A stretch of DNA of 57,144 nucleotides, counting the filler, from Perkinsus olseni (taxonomy: Eukaryota), in assembly GCA_013115125.1 (NCBI GenBank). It is 2 parts of 2 records of this genome, joined end to end, with 100 filler letters (N's around TTAATTAATTAA, not from the genome) between each part and the next. Parts side by side here need not be neighbours in the genome. Positions count along the whole stretch, not along the records: positions 1 to 28,549 come from JABANN010000445.1; 1 more part is not named here. One strand, 5' to 3'. The translations under genes and the position numbers were made by a program. Below the pieces are notes generated by a model. That model was not told where the DNA came from. It did no database searches and saw only the letters and a program-made list of their open reading frames with translations. Shown here in pieces: positions 1 through 11,216 of this stretch (position 1 is the first letter of the stretch; each line of letters begins with the position of its first letter).

Positions 1-1100
1 AAAGGAGTACCGAATAAGGCCTGTACGAGCCCGGGGGTGTACCAGTTGTCACTGTACCACTTGTCACTCACCCTCCTCAGGAGGGGCCCAAACCACCGAC
101 TTGTTAGCAGTCTTCTCCAGCGCTGAGCGAGTCTCGACAGCAGTCGCATACATAGATCCAGTCTGACTGGACCAGTCACCGGCCACGTCATAGACTCCCT
201 GAGGGAGTCTATGACCTTAAGAGGCTCTTCATAGCGGGGGTCACCCCAGCGCCAGCCATAGAACACAGAGCTCCCTTGTACGCACCGGCTCCAATGATAC
301 CAAGTCCCAACTTGGGCCCCGTACTACAGATTTAGCAGGCTGCTAATAGCAGCACGGGATTTTTTTCGGGTGCCCTAAATTTGTCACGGATGTCACAAAT
401 ACCCTGCAGTTGTCAATAAACTCATCAGTGATGTCAGAAAACGCTTCCAAAGTTCTAAGAGGGTATAAGTAAGGCCATCTTACTAAAAGTTAGTAACTAA
501 CTAACTGCAGTGTCATTGTCGGTTGGACCGGGACTTCATATGGTGGGTATGAAGGTCTATCCGTATCTATAGCAGTCTTACGGTTGGACATTGGTACAGG
601 GGTATTTGCTAGTCGTACTGATTCCCTTAGACTGTTAATACGCTATGGTAGCCATATATCGGTTAATGGGTTTGGATTGAGTTACTAGTAGTTATGGGAT
701 TGGATTATAGCGTGTGAGCAGATCTCTTACTGTGCTGTGACGGTACGGTTTGAGAGGTTGTCACGGTTAATGTGATAATCGTCGCGTATGTCGTTCTGTT
801 TACACTGACCTGAGAGTTCACCGCGTCGTGTCACTTGTGATAAGTCTGTTACGGTTTACTTATCGCTAAGCAAGTCACGCGTCTAAGTTCATTCACGCGC
901 AATACTCCTGAAAACAAGGCTTTGGATTGAGTTGCTTATTACTTGGAGATGGGATTCTGAGTCAGCTTATCACCAGAACCACTAGATCTACACCACTAAC
1001 TGACTACTCCCTCTTCGGTTATCTCTACCCCATCGCCAACGTTCTCCACACGATCCTTTGACGCATACACATACAAGCTGCGCTTAACACTCTCGCGCCC
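1..1100. repeat. Non-coding, palindrome-rich and motif-repetitive region (possible transposon end or degenerate repeat)
   Basis: No ORF >=60 aa. About 10 short 1-nt-spacer palindromes in 71-502, nine TGTCA motifs, recurrent CGGTT, and TTTGGATTGAGTT at both 671 and 921. Confidence 0.4.
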
Positions 1101-2019
1101 GCCAAATACTGTCTACCTTGCACGCACGGGCCGCACAGTCAAAAAGTTAAAGCAGCAAGTAAGGCCGAACGGAGTCGATATACGTATAGCGAACAATCGA
1201 TATCTCGCAGCTAGAACACTGGCCAACAGGAGCAGGCAGATCCTCCTGCCACAGGGTGCCACTGTGGCACTGCCACAGCCCGCACAAACTTTCGCGCTCG
1301 CCCGGGACGCACACACAAGGGTGATCCTAATCACATCGAAACACAGCTAGAGGTTTTCCGCACAAGAAATCGTTCCGCATTTCCCTACGATGAAACTGGA
1401 CTTCGCGGAGTCTTTGGGAAGGTTCAACCCTCAGGGTAGGTAGCTGGTACGAGTCTCGTACTACGAGATTAGCACAAGAACGCTTTCAGCGTTTGTTGAT
1501 ATTCGAAACGTTGGCTAGCCCTCAATTAGAGGAATACAGTTCACAACTCACGTATCTACAAGCGGCTAGTATCGACAGCTTGGCTTGGCGGGGCCACGTC
1601 GCTTTGGTCAGTCGAGCAGTACTGAGGGGCATGTTATTGCGCCAGGATGCCCGTGGAGCAGGTCATACTGGGTTATTGCAGCGGGTACTCGGACCGAGTA
1701 CCCGCGTATCTCGGTTGTCAATACGCCATTCTCTAGTGACTTCTACCCCTCCAGATGGACGCTGCATTCCATCGTGGCCTGTGACGGGTCTGGCTAGAGG
1801 GACATGTGATTGTGTCGCTCTGGTATAGCTTCTCAACCACGGCACGATTTCTCCGGTTACTCATGATAGCGAGAGTGTGAGCATGCTGGATCCTTTGTTT
1901 CGATCGTGTTAGTGTTGCGTTCGCTTTCGTTGCTGGTTCGGCTGCATGTGGTCTATCCGAGTGAGTATCGATTCTCATCTGTTTTCCCCAACTCAGTTTC
2001 GCTCCTGTTAGGAGATTTT

Positions 2020-2055
2020 GTTGTTTTTTGTGTTTCTCGATACAGCCTTTCTAGA
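2020..2055 (+). promoter_or_regulatory. U-rich tract plus AG acceptor 11 nt upstream of the ATG (candidate spliced-leader trans-splice or 5'UTR-intron acceptor)
   Basis: ttgttgttttttgtgtttctcgatacagcctttctag|agctacctaaacATG, with no upstream coding exon evident. SL trans-splicing is known in Perkinsus and dinoflagellates. Confidence 0.45.
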
Positions 2056-2066
2056 GCTACCTAAAC

Positions 2067-5000
2067 ATGGGAGCTAACGGGAAGGCCGAAAAATTCTCTC
2101 TGTCGAAAAAGCTCTTCGGGAAGAAGAAGAAGAACACCAATAATGGAGGCAATGGCCCTGATGACGTTGAGGATCCTAACAACGTTCATGTTGAGGATAA
2201 TAAGTCTGTTTCCTACTTTACCCTCTTTGGACTGGCCGATAAGCGTGACAAGACTATTCTTGCTGTCGGAGTGATCGCTGCTCTGATCAACGGTGCATTG
2301 ATGCCACTATTCTCACTTCTATTCGGTAACTTTGCTGATGCTGCTGCTGGTGGTATACATGGATTCATGCACAGAATATCCAAAGTTGCATGGGAGATGT
2401 GCGTCTTGGGTGCGATATCATTCGTTGCCTCTTCTGTATTCAACACTTGTTTCACTTATTTCTCTGAAAATCAAGTTACTAGATTGAGGGTTAAATACCT
2501 ACAAGCTGTGGTTGGGCAAGATATAGCCTGGTTCGATGTGAGGACTCCTGCCGCCTTGCCAGCCCGTATGTCCGAGGATGTTCTCAAAGTCCGTGATGCT
2601 ATCGGTCAGAAGGCCTCTATGATGTGCATGAATGTCTCTATGTGTATCGTCGGCTATATCATCGCTTTCTATAGGGGTTGGCAGATAACTCTTGTTATGA
2701 TTGCCACTTCCCCTCTTATTATGCTCTGCGGAGCACTCATGGCCAAGGCAATGGCTGGACTGGCCTCTAAGGGTCAGAATGAGTATGCTGAGGCAGGTGC
2801 TGTCGCTGAAGAGGTTCTAGAGTCTATCAAAACTGTCGCTTCTTTCGGTGGTGAGCAGCGGTCTATTGACCGATACAACGCCAAAGTGCAAAAAGCGCTG
2901 AACTCCGGTGTGAAGGCCTCGGTCTATCGAGGTTTCTCCATTGGCTTCACCATATCCGTGGTGTACTGGACCTACGCTCTCACATTCTGGTATGGCGGTA
3001 CCCTTATCCGTGACCAAACCATCAACCCGTCTACTGGAAACCCCTACCAAGGCGGTGATGTTCTCACTGTCTTCATGTCCGCTATGATGGCTACTTTCTC
3101 CATCGCTCAGATCGCCCCTCACTTCCAGGTAGCGCTGCCTGTAGGAAGGTCCGTGAAGTTGATGATGATCGTCTTCCTCAGGCGTTCTCAGAGGGCTGTG
3201 CCGCTGGCGGAAAGATATTCCCCTTGATGAAGGAGAATGCTACGATCGAGCCGAAGGTGAAGAGGCTGTCCGAGGGTGGTGAGGCCGAAGCCAACATGAC
3301 CCCGGTTAAGTTCGAGTCATTGAAGTTGGATGATGTCAAGTTCAACTATCCCGCTCGTCCAGCACTGCAAGTAAAATATGGCGCTTTCTCTTTTTCGAAT
3401 TATCCAGTTTTTCGCGTCAGGTGCTGAAGGGGATTTCACTGGAAATCAAACGCGGTCAGAAGGTGGCCTTTGTTGGAGAGTCTGGATCAGGCAAGTCCAC
3501 TTTGGTCCAGTTGATCGAGAGATTCTACGATCCGGCCGAAGGACAAGTAAGAACTGGTTCCCTCATTTCACCGTTGTCTCTGTATGCCTCCATCTCCAGG
3601 TCCTGGTTAATGGTGTTGACATCAAGACCATGCCCGTCCACAAGCACCGTGCTCTGTTCGGTTATGTCGGCCAAGAGCCTTTCCTGTTCGCTGACAGCAT
3701 CCGCAATAACCTTCGTTATGGTCTTACTGGTAGTAGCATACCGAGCGAAGAGGAGATGAGGAAGGCTTGTAAAGACGCCCAGATTCTCGACTTCATCGAG
3801 GGCCTCCCTGAGGGCTTCGATACTTATGCTGGTCCGGGTGGTAGTCAGATGTCCGGTGGTCAGAAGCAGAGGATTGCCATTGCTAGAGCTCTCCTGCGCC
3901 ATCCGGAGATTCTCCTGTTGGATGAGGCCACATCAGCTCTTGATAACGAGAGTGAGAAGATGGTCCAAGCCACCATCGATCACCTACAGTCAACAGTCAG
4001 CATTACGACCATCTCCATTGCTCATCGTCTGTCTACTATCAAGAACTCTGAAGTCATCTTCGTGATGAAGCTTGGCGAGCTCGTTGAGCAAGGCACGAAT
4101 GATGAGCTGATGGAGAAGCAGGGTGTCTACGCTTCGCTGGTATCAGCGCAGGCTGCAGCGTCTGCGAAGGAGGATGAGCAGGCTGCTGCTGATACTGAAG
4201 CGGCGGCTACATCCTCTGTTGACACGGCCAGTGAGATGGTGAGAAGAAAGAGCACCAGGACGAGAACTGCAACTGCTGGTGTTCTTGGTGGTGACGAGGA
4301 AGATGATGATGAGCATGAGTCGCCTAATGAGTCCTTGTTGAAGACCGAGGATGAGAAAGAGAAGGAGCGCAAAGCGGAGATTGCAAAGACCTACAAGACA
4401 CCGTGGAGAAGGCTTCTGGGCTTCAATAAGGACCAGAAGTGGTGGTTCCTACCAGCCATCCTCGGCTCCTTCATGACTGGCTCTGCCTTCCCTCTCAACG
4501 CCTTGCTGTTATCTCGTGCGTTGTTCGCCTTCTATTATCCTCCCTTCCTGGTCATGGAGCATGTTGATAATATATGCTTCTACTACATCGGTCTGGGTGT
4601 TATGATACTCATTGGGCAGCTAATCGATTCTGGATGCTTTGGTTATCTCGGTGAGAACTTCACTTGTAATGTCCGTAAACAATGCTTTGCTAAAATCATG
4701 GAACAAGATATGGGCTTCTTCGACTTCCCCGAGCACGCAGCCGGAAAGCTGACCGCTTCTCTGTCGACATATGCTGTCAAGATGAACTCTCTCACGGGTT
4801 CCAGTCTTGGTATCTACTCCCAGGCTATTACTGGTCTGATCGTTGGTGTCATCATCGGCTTCTGTGGGTCGTGGCAGTTGACTCTGGTCATGTTGGCGAT
4901 GTTGCCTATCCTAATGCTAGCAGCGAAGTTCAACATGTCCGTGAGGATGACGGGCAAGAAGGAGCAAGATAATCTCAAGCAGTCGCAGTTGATCGCCTCC

Positions 5001-6134
5001 GAGGCTATCCAGAACATGAGGACTGTCAGGGCCTTCATGGCTGAGTCTTGGACGGTCGATCGCTATGCTGAGTTCGCCAGTGATGCTAATGATACTAGTG
5101 GCTCAACAGCTATCATTCGTGGCCTTCTCTTCGGCGGCTCCAACTGTATCATATTCCTAGCCTATGCTCTGGGATTCTGGTACGGTGGTCATCTTATGGT
5201 CTACAATGGTCTGGGCTATTCAAGGATGCTCCAGTCGTTGATGTCTGTCATGTTTGCTGCCATGGCTGTGGGACAGGCAATGGCCTTCCTTCCTGATGTG
5301 GCCGAGGCTAAGGTCTCCGCTCATGATGTGTTCGAGGTCCTGGATACTGAGTCCAAGATCAACGCTATGCGTTCTGATGGCACCGTCACTGACATGGGCG
5401 ATGGTGTGGTTGAGTTCAAGGACGTCCACTTCAAGTATCCCACTAACCCTAACCTTCCGATTCTCAAGGGTGTCTCTTTCCGAATCGAGCCGGGTCAGCA
5501 GGTGGCGTTCGTTGGCCCTTCTGGTAGTGGCAAGTCGACCATCATGGCTCTGATGCAGAGGTTCTATGACGTTGAAAGCGGGAGTATCACTATTGGTGGT
5601 GATGATATCAGGATGTTGGACGTTGCCTGGTGGAGAGCTCAGAACGGCTACGTCGGTCAGGAGCCTGTACTGTTTGACATGACCCTCGCTGAGAATGTTC
5701 GTTACGGTAAAGAGGATGCATCGATGGGTGAGCTGGAGAAGGTCGCTAATATGTCTAATATGGACTACGTCACCTCGATGGGTGGCAGCGTTAAATGGGA
5801 TGATCCGATGGGCCCGAAGGGATGTCGTCTGTCCGGTGGTCAGAAGCAGAGGGCTGCAATCGCCAGAGCTCTCGTCAGGGATCCTCATATTATCTTCCTT
5901 GATGAAGCCACCAGTGCTTTGGACTCAACCAGCGAGAAGGTCGTCCAGCATGCCATTGACACCGCCTCTGTTGGCAGGACTAGTGTTACTGTTGCTCATC
6001 GATTGACCACCGTTCGCAACTGCGATGTTATCTACGTTATCACCGATGGTAGGATAGTGGAGTCTGGTAACCATGACTCCCTCATGGCTAAGCATGGTGT
6101 CTACTACGACCTGTACACAAAGGGTCAGAAGTGA
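2067..6134 (+). CDS. Full-length ABCB/MDR P-glycoprotein (TMD-NBD-TMD-NBD), copy 1; exons 2067-3128, 3182-3370, 3421-3546, 3600-6134
   Basis: Walker [10 protein letters not shown] and GPSGSGKST, signature MSGGQKQR and LSGGQKQR, Walker [13 protein letters not shown]-loop AHRL. Three GT-AG introns (3129-3181, 3371-3420, 3547-3599) restore a continuous frame. Confidence 0.96.
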
Positions 6135-6506
6135 GCAACGACGACCACAGCCTCTCTTATTTGTTTGCTTTATATACCTTTCTGTTCCGGGCAGCAGCAT
6201 TTAGCGCAGTTATCTGGCTTTTCAGCGTTTGCGAGCGGTCAGTGCCTGTCCGCAGTTTCCGGACGATATTGGCTTTCCATTGCGCTACGTCTCGTTGAAG
6301 CTAGCGTGTTCATACTAATCATAATAATACTACAAGTATCTGGTGGTATCTTGTGAGCTTGCGTTTGCTTCGAAAGGTGGGAGGTCTACGGGACGTGCCC
6401 TCCTGGGAACTAAATGGTCTCGAACTCGACGTGTCTTTTCCTCGCAGTTGGAGGCAGCTTGATTTCTCCACTCAGTTTTTATTGTTTCCCGTTAAACCGC
6501 TTCATT

Positions 6507-9500
6507 ATGGTGAAGCTCTCCCTCTCGAAACGATGCTCGAGACGACGACGACGACAAGATCAGAATTCTGATGCTACTCCTGCTGCGGGTAAAGAAAAGA
6601 TATCTGTATCATATTTTAGGCTCTTCAGTATGGCCTCGAGGAATGACTATTACGCTTTGGTCTGTGGTATTGTTGCCGCACTGTGCAACGGTGCTCTCAT
6701 GCCTATGTTCTCCCTGTTGTTCGGCAACTTCGCCAGCGCATCCGCTGGTGGCTTGGACGGCTTCATGGATCGCATTGTCACTATTACGTGGCAGATGTGT
6801 ATCCTGGCTGGAGTTGCTCTCATAACAGGGGCGATCTTCAACACTTGTTTCACCTACTTCTCGGAGAATCAAGCATCTCGTCTGAGGGTGAAGTACCTTC
6901 AGGCAGTCATCGGCCAAGATATTGCCTGGTTTGACGTGAGGACTCCGGCGGCCATACCATCTCGCATGGCCGAGGATGTCCTAAAGGTTCGTGATGCTAT
7001 TGGTTCCAGGGCTTCCATGTGCTGTGTTAACATCGCCATGTCCGTGGTCGGCTATATCATCGCCTTCTATCGGGGCTGGCAAATCACTTTAGTCATGATG
7101 AGCTCTTTGCCTCTGATTATGGTAGCCGGTGCCTTGATAGCCAAAGTCATGTCCAGCCTCTCCTCTAAGGGCCAAACTCAGTACGCGGCTGCTGGCGCCG
7201 TCGCTGAGGAGGTGCTAGGATCGGTGAAGACTGTGGCCTCCTTCGGCGGCGAGAAGCGTTCCATGGCCAAGTACGCTTTAGTTGTTAAGGACGCTCTCAC
7301 CTCGGGTATCCGCGGCGGTATTTTTCGAGGTCTCTCCATTGGCTTTACTATGGCTGTTATTTTCTGGACTTATGCTCTCACATTCTGGTACGGTGGTACT
7401 CTGATTCGCGATGGTGTCACAAACCCATCGACCGGAAAGCCCTACCAAGGTGGTGACGTTCTAACGGTCTTCATGTCGGCCATGATGGCTACCTTCTCTC
7501 TGGCTCTGATCGCTCCACACGTTCAGGTAGAATGCCCTCTTGCCATCTATTCAATAGTCAACCGTAATCCTTTCAGGCCTTCGCAGAAGGCTGCGCTGCC
7601 GGTGGCAAAATTTTCCCGCTCTTTGAACAGAAGGCTTCCATTGAGCCCGATGTTCATCGATTGGCGGACATGCCTGAGTCGTCGGCCACGACGCCTCCCC
7701 ACCTCGAGTCCTTCGAGCTGGAGAAGGTCAAGTTCAACTACCCTGCTAGACCAGAGCTGCAGGTAGTACTCGTCGTCGCCTGCCGACTATCCGCTTCAGC
7801 TTGCATGCTGTCCAGGTTATCAAGGGTGTATCCTTGAGGATAAATCGTGGCGAGAAGGTGGCCTTCGTCGGCGAGTCTGGCTCGGGCAAGTCCACACTTG
7901 TACAACTGATCGAGAGATTCTACGACCCAGTAGAGGGACGGGTAAGTTTTAATAGCATCGTGTAAGCCTTTTGGCTGAACTGTCTCTTCCGTAGGTCCTG
8001 GTTAATGGTGTTGACATCAAGACCATGCCCGTTCACAAGCACCGTGCTCTGTTCGGTTATGTCGGCCAAGAGCCATTCCTGTTCGCTGATAGCATCCGCA
8101 ATAACCTCACCTACGGTTTGGTCGGCAAGAATCTTCCGTCCGATGCTGCCATCAGAGATGTCTGCAAGAAAGCTCAGATTCTCGACTTTATCGAGTCTCT
8201 TCCGGAGGGTTTCGATACTTATGCTGGTCCCGGTGGTAGTCAGGTCTCCGGTGGCCAGAAGCAGAGGATTGCCATCGCTAGAGCTCTCTTGAGGAACCCC
8301 CAGATTCTCCTGTTGGATGAAGCCACCTCAGCTCTTGATAACGAGAGTGAGAAGATGGTCCAAGCCACCATCGATCACCTACAGTCAACAGTCAGCATTA
8401 CGACCATCTCCATTGCTCATCGTCTGTCGACTGTCAAGAACTCTGATAAGATCTTCGTCATGCGCCTCGGCAATCTGGTAGAGCAGGGAAGCCACTCAGA
8501 GCTGATGGCCATTGATGGAGTATACAGCGCATTGGTCTCGGCCCAGGCCGCAGCGAGCCCTGACGACTCTGTGACCGCCCGGGCTGAGCGCTCTCGTCGC
8601 TCCTCGTCGGCGGCTGAACAGCTGTTGACGAAGGCCAGTTCCCAACGGAAGCAGTCACTGTACACCATTGGGGAGAGTTCCAATGGTGAGCAGGACTTCG
8701 AAGACAGACTGCTGGGCAAGACTGAGGAGGACGTCGAGGCTGAACGCAAGAAGCTCATCGCTAAGTCGTATAAGACCCCTTGGAAGAGGCTTCTAGGTCT
8801 GAGCAAGAAGGAGAAGTGGTGGTTCATTCCGGCTATTGGTGGTGCGTTCGTCACGGGTGCTGGGTTCCCTCTCAATGCCCTGCTGTTGTCCCATGCTCTG
8901 TCCTTCTTCTACTACCCTCCTTTGCTCATCATGGACCACATCAGTAAGGTGGCCCTGTACTACGTCGGCTTGGGTGCCCTCCTCTTCTTCGGTCACGTGG
9001 TGGAATCTTTGGCTTTTTCTGTTATTGGCGAGAACTTCACTTGTAATGTCCGCAAACAGTGCTTCAACAAGATACTCGAACAAGATATGGGCTTCTTCGA
9101 CTTTCCTGAGCACGCAGCCGGAAAGCTGACCGCCTCCCTGTCGACTTACGCTGTTAAGATGAACTCCATCACTGGCGCCTCACTCGGGATCTACGCCCGG
9201 GCCCTCACTGGAATGATCGTTGGTGCGGCCATTGGCTTCACAGGCTCGTGGCAGCTGACTCTGGTCATGCTGGCTATAGTGCCTTTCCTCGGTATCGCTG
9301 CTAAGGTGAACATGTCTGTTAAAGTGGTTGGGAAGAAAGAGCAGGACGAGTTGAAGCAAGCGCAGCTTGTCGCCTCCGAGGCTATCCAGAACATGAGAAG
9401 TGTCAGAGCGTTTATGGCCGAGTCTTGGACGGTTGAGGCGTATGATCGCTACGCTGCTAGGTCCAGCAACACCAGCTTCTCGGCAGCTTCAGTTCGTGGG

Positions 9501-10511
9501 CTTACGTTCGGGGCCTCCACCTGCATCATTTTCTTGGCATATGCCGTAGGGTTCTACTACGGTGGTCATCTTATGGTCTACGACGGTCTGAATTACACTC
9601 ACATGATGCAAGCCCTGATGGGTATCATGTTTTCTGCCATGGCTGTGGGACAGGCAATGGCCTTCCTTCCTGATGTGGCCGAGGCTAAGGTTGCTGCTCA
9701 TGATGTGTTTGAGATCTTGGATACTGAGTCCAAGATCAACGCTGTTAATCTCGATGGCACCGTTCGGGAGCTCGGCAATGGTATCATAGAGTTCAACGAC
9801 GTCCACTTCTCCTACCCCACTCATCCCGAGGTCGAGATTCTGAAGGGAGTCTCCTTCAGGATTGAACCAGGTCAGCAGGTCGCCTTCGTTGGCCCCTCTG
9901 GCAGCGGCAAGTCGACCGTCATGGCTCTGATGCAGAGGTTCTATGACGTGTCAGGCGGCAGCGTCAGTGTGGGTGGCACCGATGTTCGTATGTTGGACGT
10001 TGCCTGGTGGAGAGCTCAGAACGGCTACGTCGGTCAGGAGCCTGTCCTGTTTGACATGACTCTCGCTGAGAATGTTCGTTACGGTAAAGAGGATGCGTCG
10101 ATGGGTGAGCTGGAGAAGGTCGCTAATATGTCTAATATGGACTACGTCACCTCGATGGGTGGCAGCGTTAAATGGGATGATCCGATGGGTCCGAAGGGAT
10201 GTCGTCTGTCCGGTGGTCAGAAGCAGAGGGCTGCAATCGCCAGAGCTCTCGTCAGGGATCCTCATATCATCTTCCTTGATGAAGCCACCAGTGCTTTGGA
10301 CTCAACCAGCGAGAAGGTCGTCCAGCATGCCATTGACAACGCCTCTGTTGGCAGGACTAGTGTCACCATCGCTCATCGTTTGTCCACCGTCCGTAACTGT
10401 GATGTAATATATGTTGTTGCCGGTGGTAAAATCGTCGAGTCTGGGAATCACGAAGCTCTTCTTGCCAAGGGTGGAGTGTATCATGACCTTTATATCAAGG
10501 GTCAAAAGTAA
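6507..10511 (+). CDS. Full-length ABCB/MDR P-glycoprotein, copy 2; exons 6507-7526, 7577-7762, 7816-7941, 7995-10511
   Basis: Same domain order and motifs as copy 1 (VSGGQKQR and LSGGQKQR). Introns 7527-7576, 7763-7815 and 7942-7994 sit at the same positions as in copy 1. An upstream in-frame ATG at 6414 is possible. Confidence 0.95.
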
Positions 10512-11216
10512 TCATACGTCGATGTAGTGGAAATGTGGTATGGCCAGGTTGGCAGCCTTGAGCGATATCTGTTGCCGGTTCGCTCTCGGTTCAATCTACC
10601 ACGGCCCTCACTCTGTACCTTTTACGTTTTGTTGCGCGATTGTTCGATCGCACGTTTTAGCTAAGAAAATACTTAATCGCTTTGCCTCGTTGCAGCGGAG
10701 CATACTCCAGGCATTTCCGATGCCGAACCGTTACTGGGGTTGTTAAGCCACTCACCAACTCTTCTTTTGTTGTTGTCTGTGGTAGTCGAAGAGACGTCCG
10801 TTTCACAGCCGTCTGAGAAGTAGTGAAAAACTCAGTAGTTGGTGTATGTGTAGCCCCAGTGATTGTTTTCTTCGGACTTTGCCATCAGCGAGTGTGTTGT
10901 GTTTGTCGTTGAAGTCACCACGGTTGTTGCATCATCGGGCATGCGACTCCCGAAACTCAAGGAAGCATCTTAGGGATCTGGTTGCCCTTGGTAACAGTGA
11001 CGGGATCGGGTTGCTTTGCCCTGACTGTCGCGCGCGGTTCCTCGGATTTTGTACCCTTTCCTTGAATTTTCGCCTTCACGCCGACTCTAATAGGATAACC
11101 CCACTCGAGGCTGTGTGTGCCAACAGTCGTGTCGAGTAGCTCTAAACGAGTTAATCAGAACCACCTTGTTGTCAACGGCAGACTGTTGGCTGCCCCTGCC
11201 GCCATTCTTGCTGCTC

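Noticed and set aside
5220-5888. Long antisense ORFs over the MDR genes (also 8417-8875, 9951-10265) and over other CDS
   Set aside because: They are explained by codon bias of the sense genes and carry no independent motifs.
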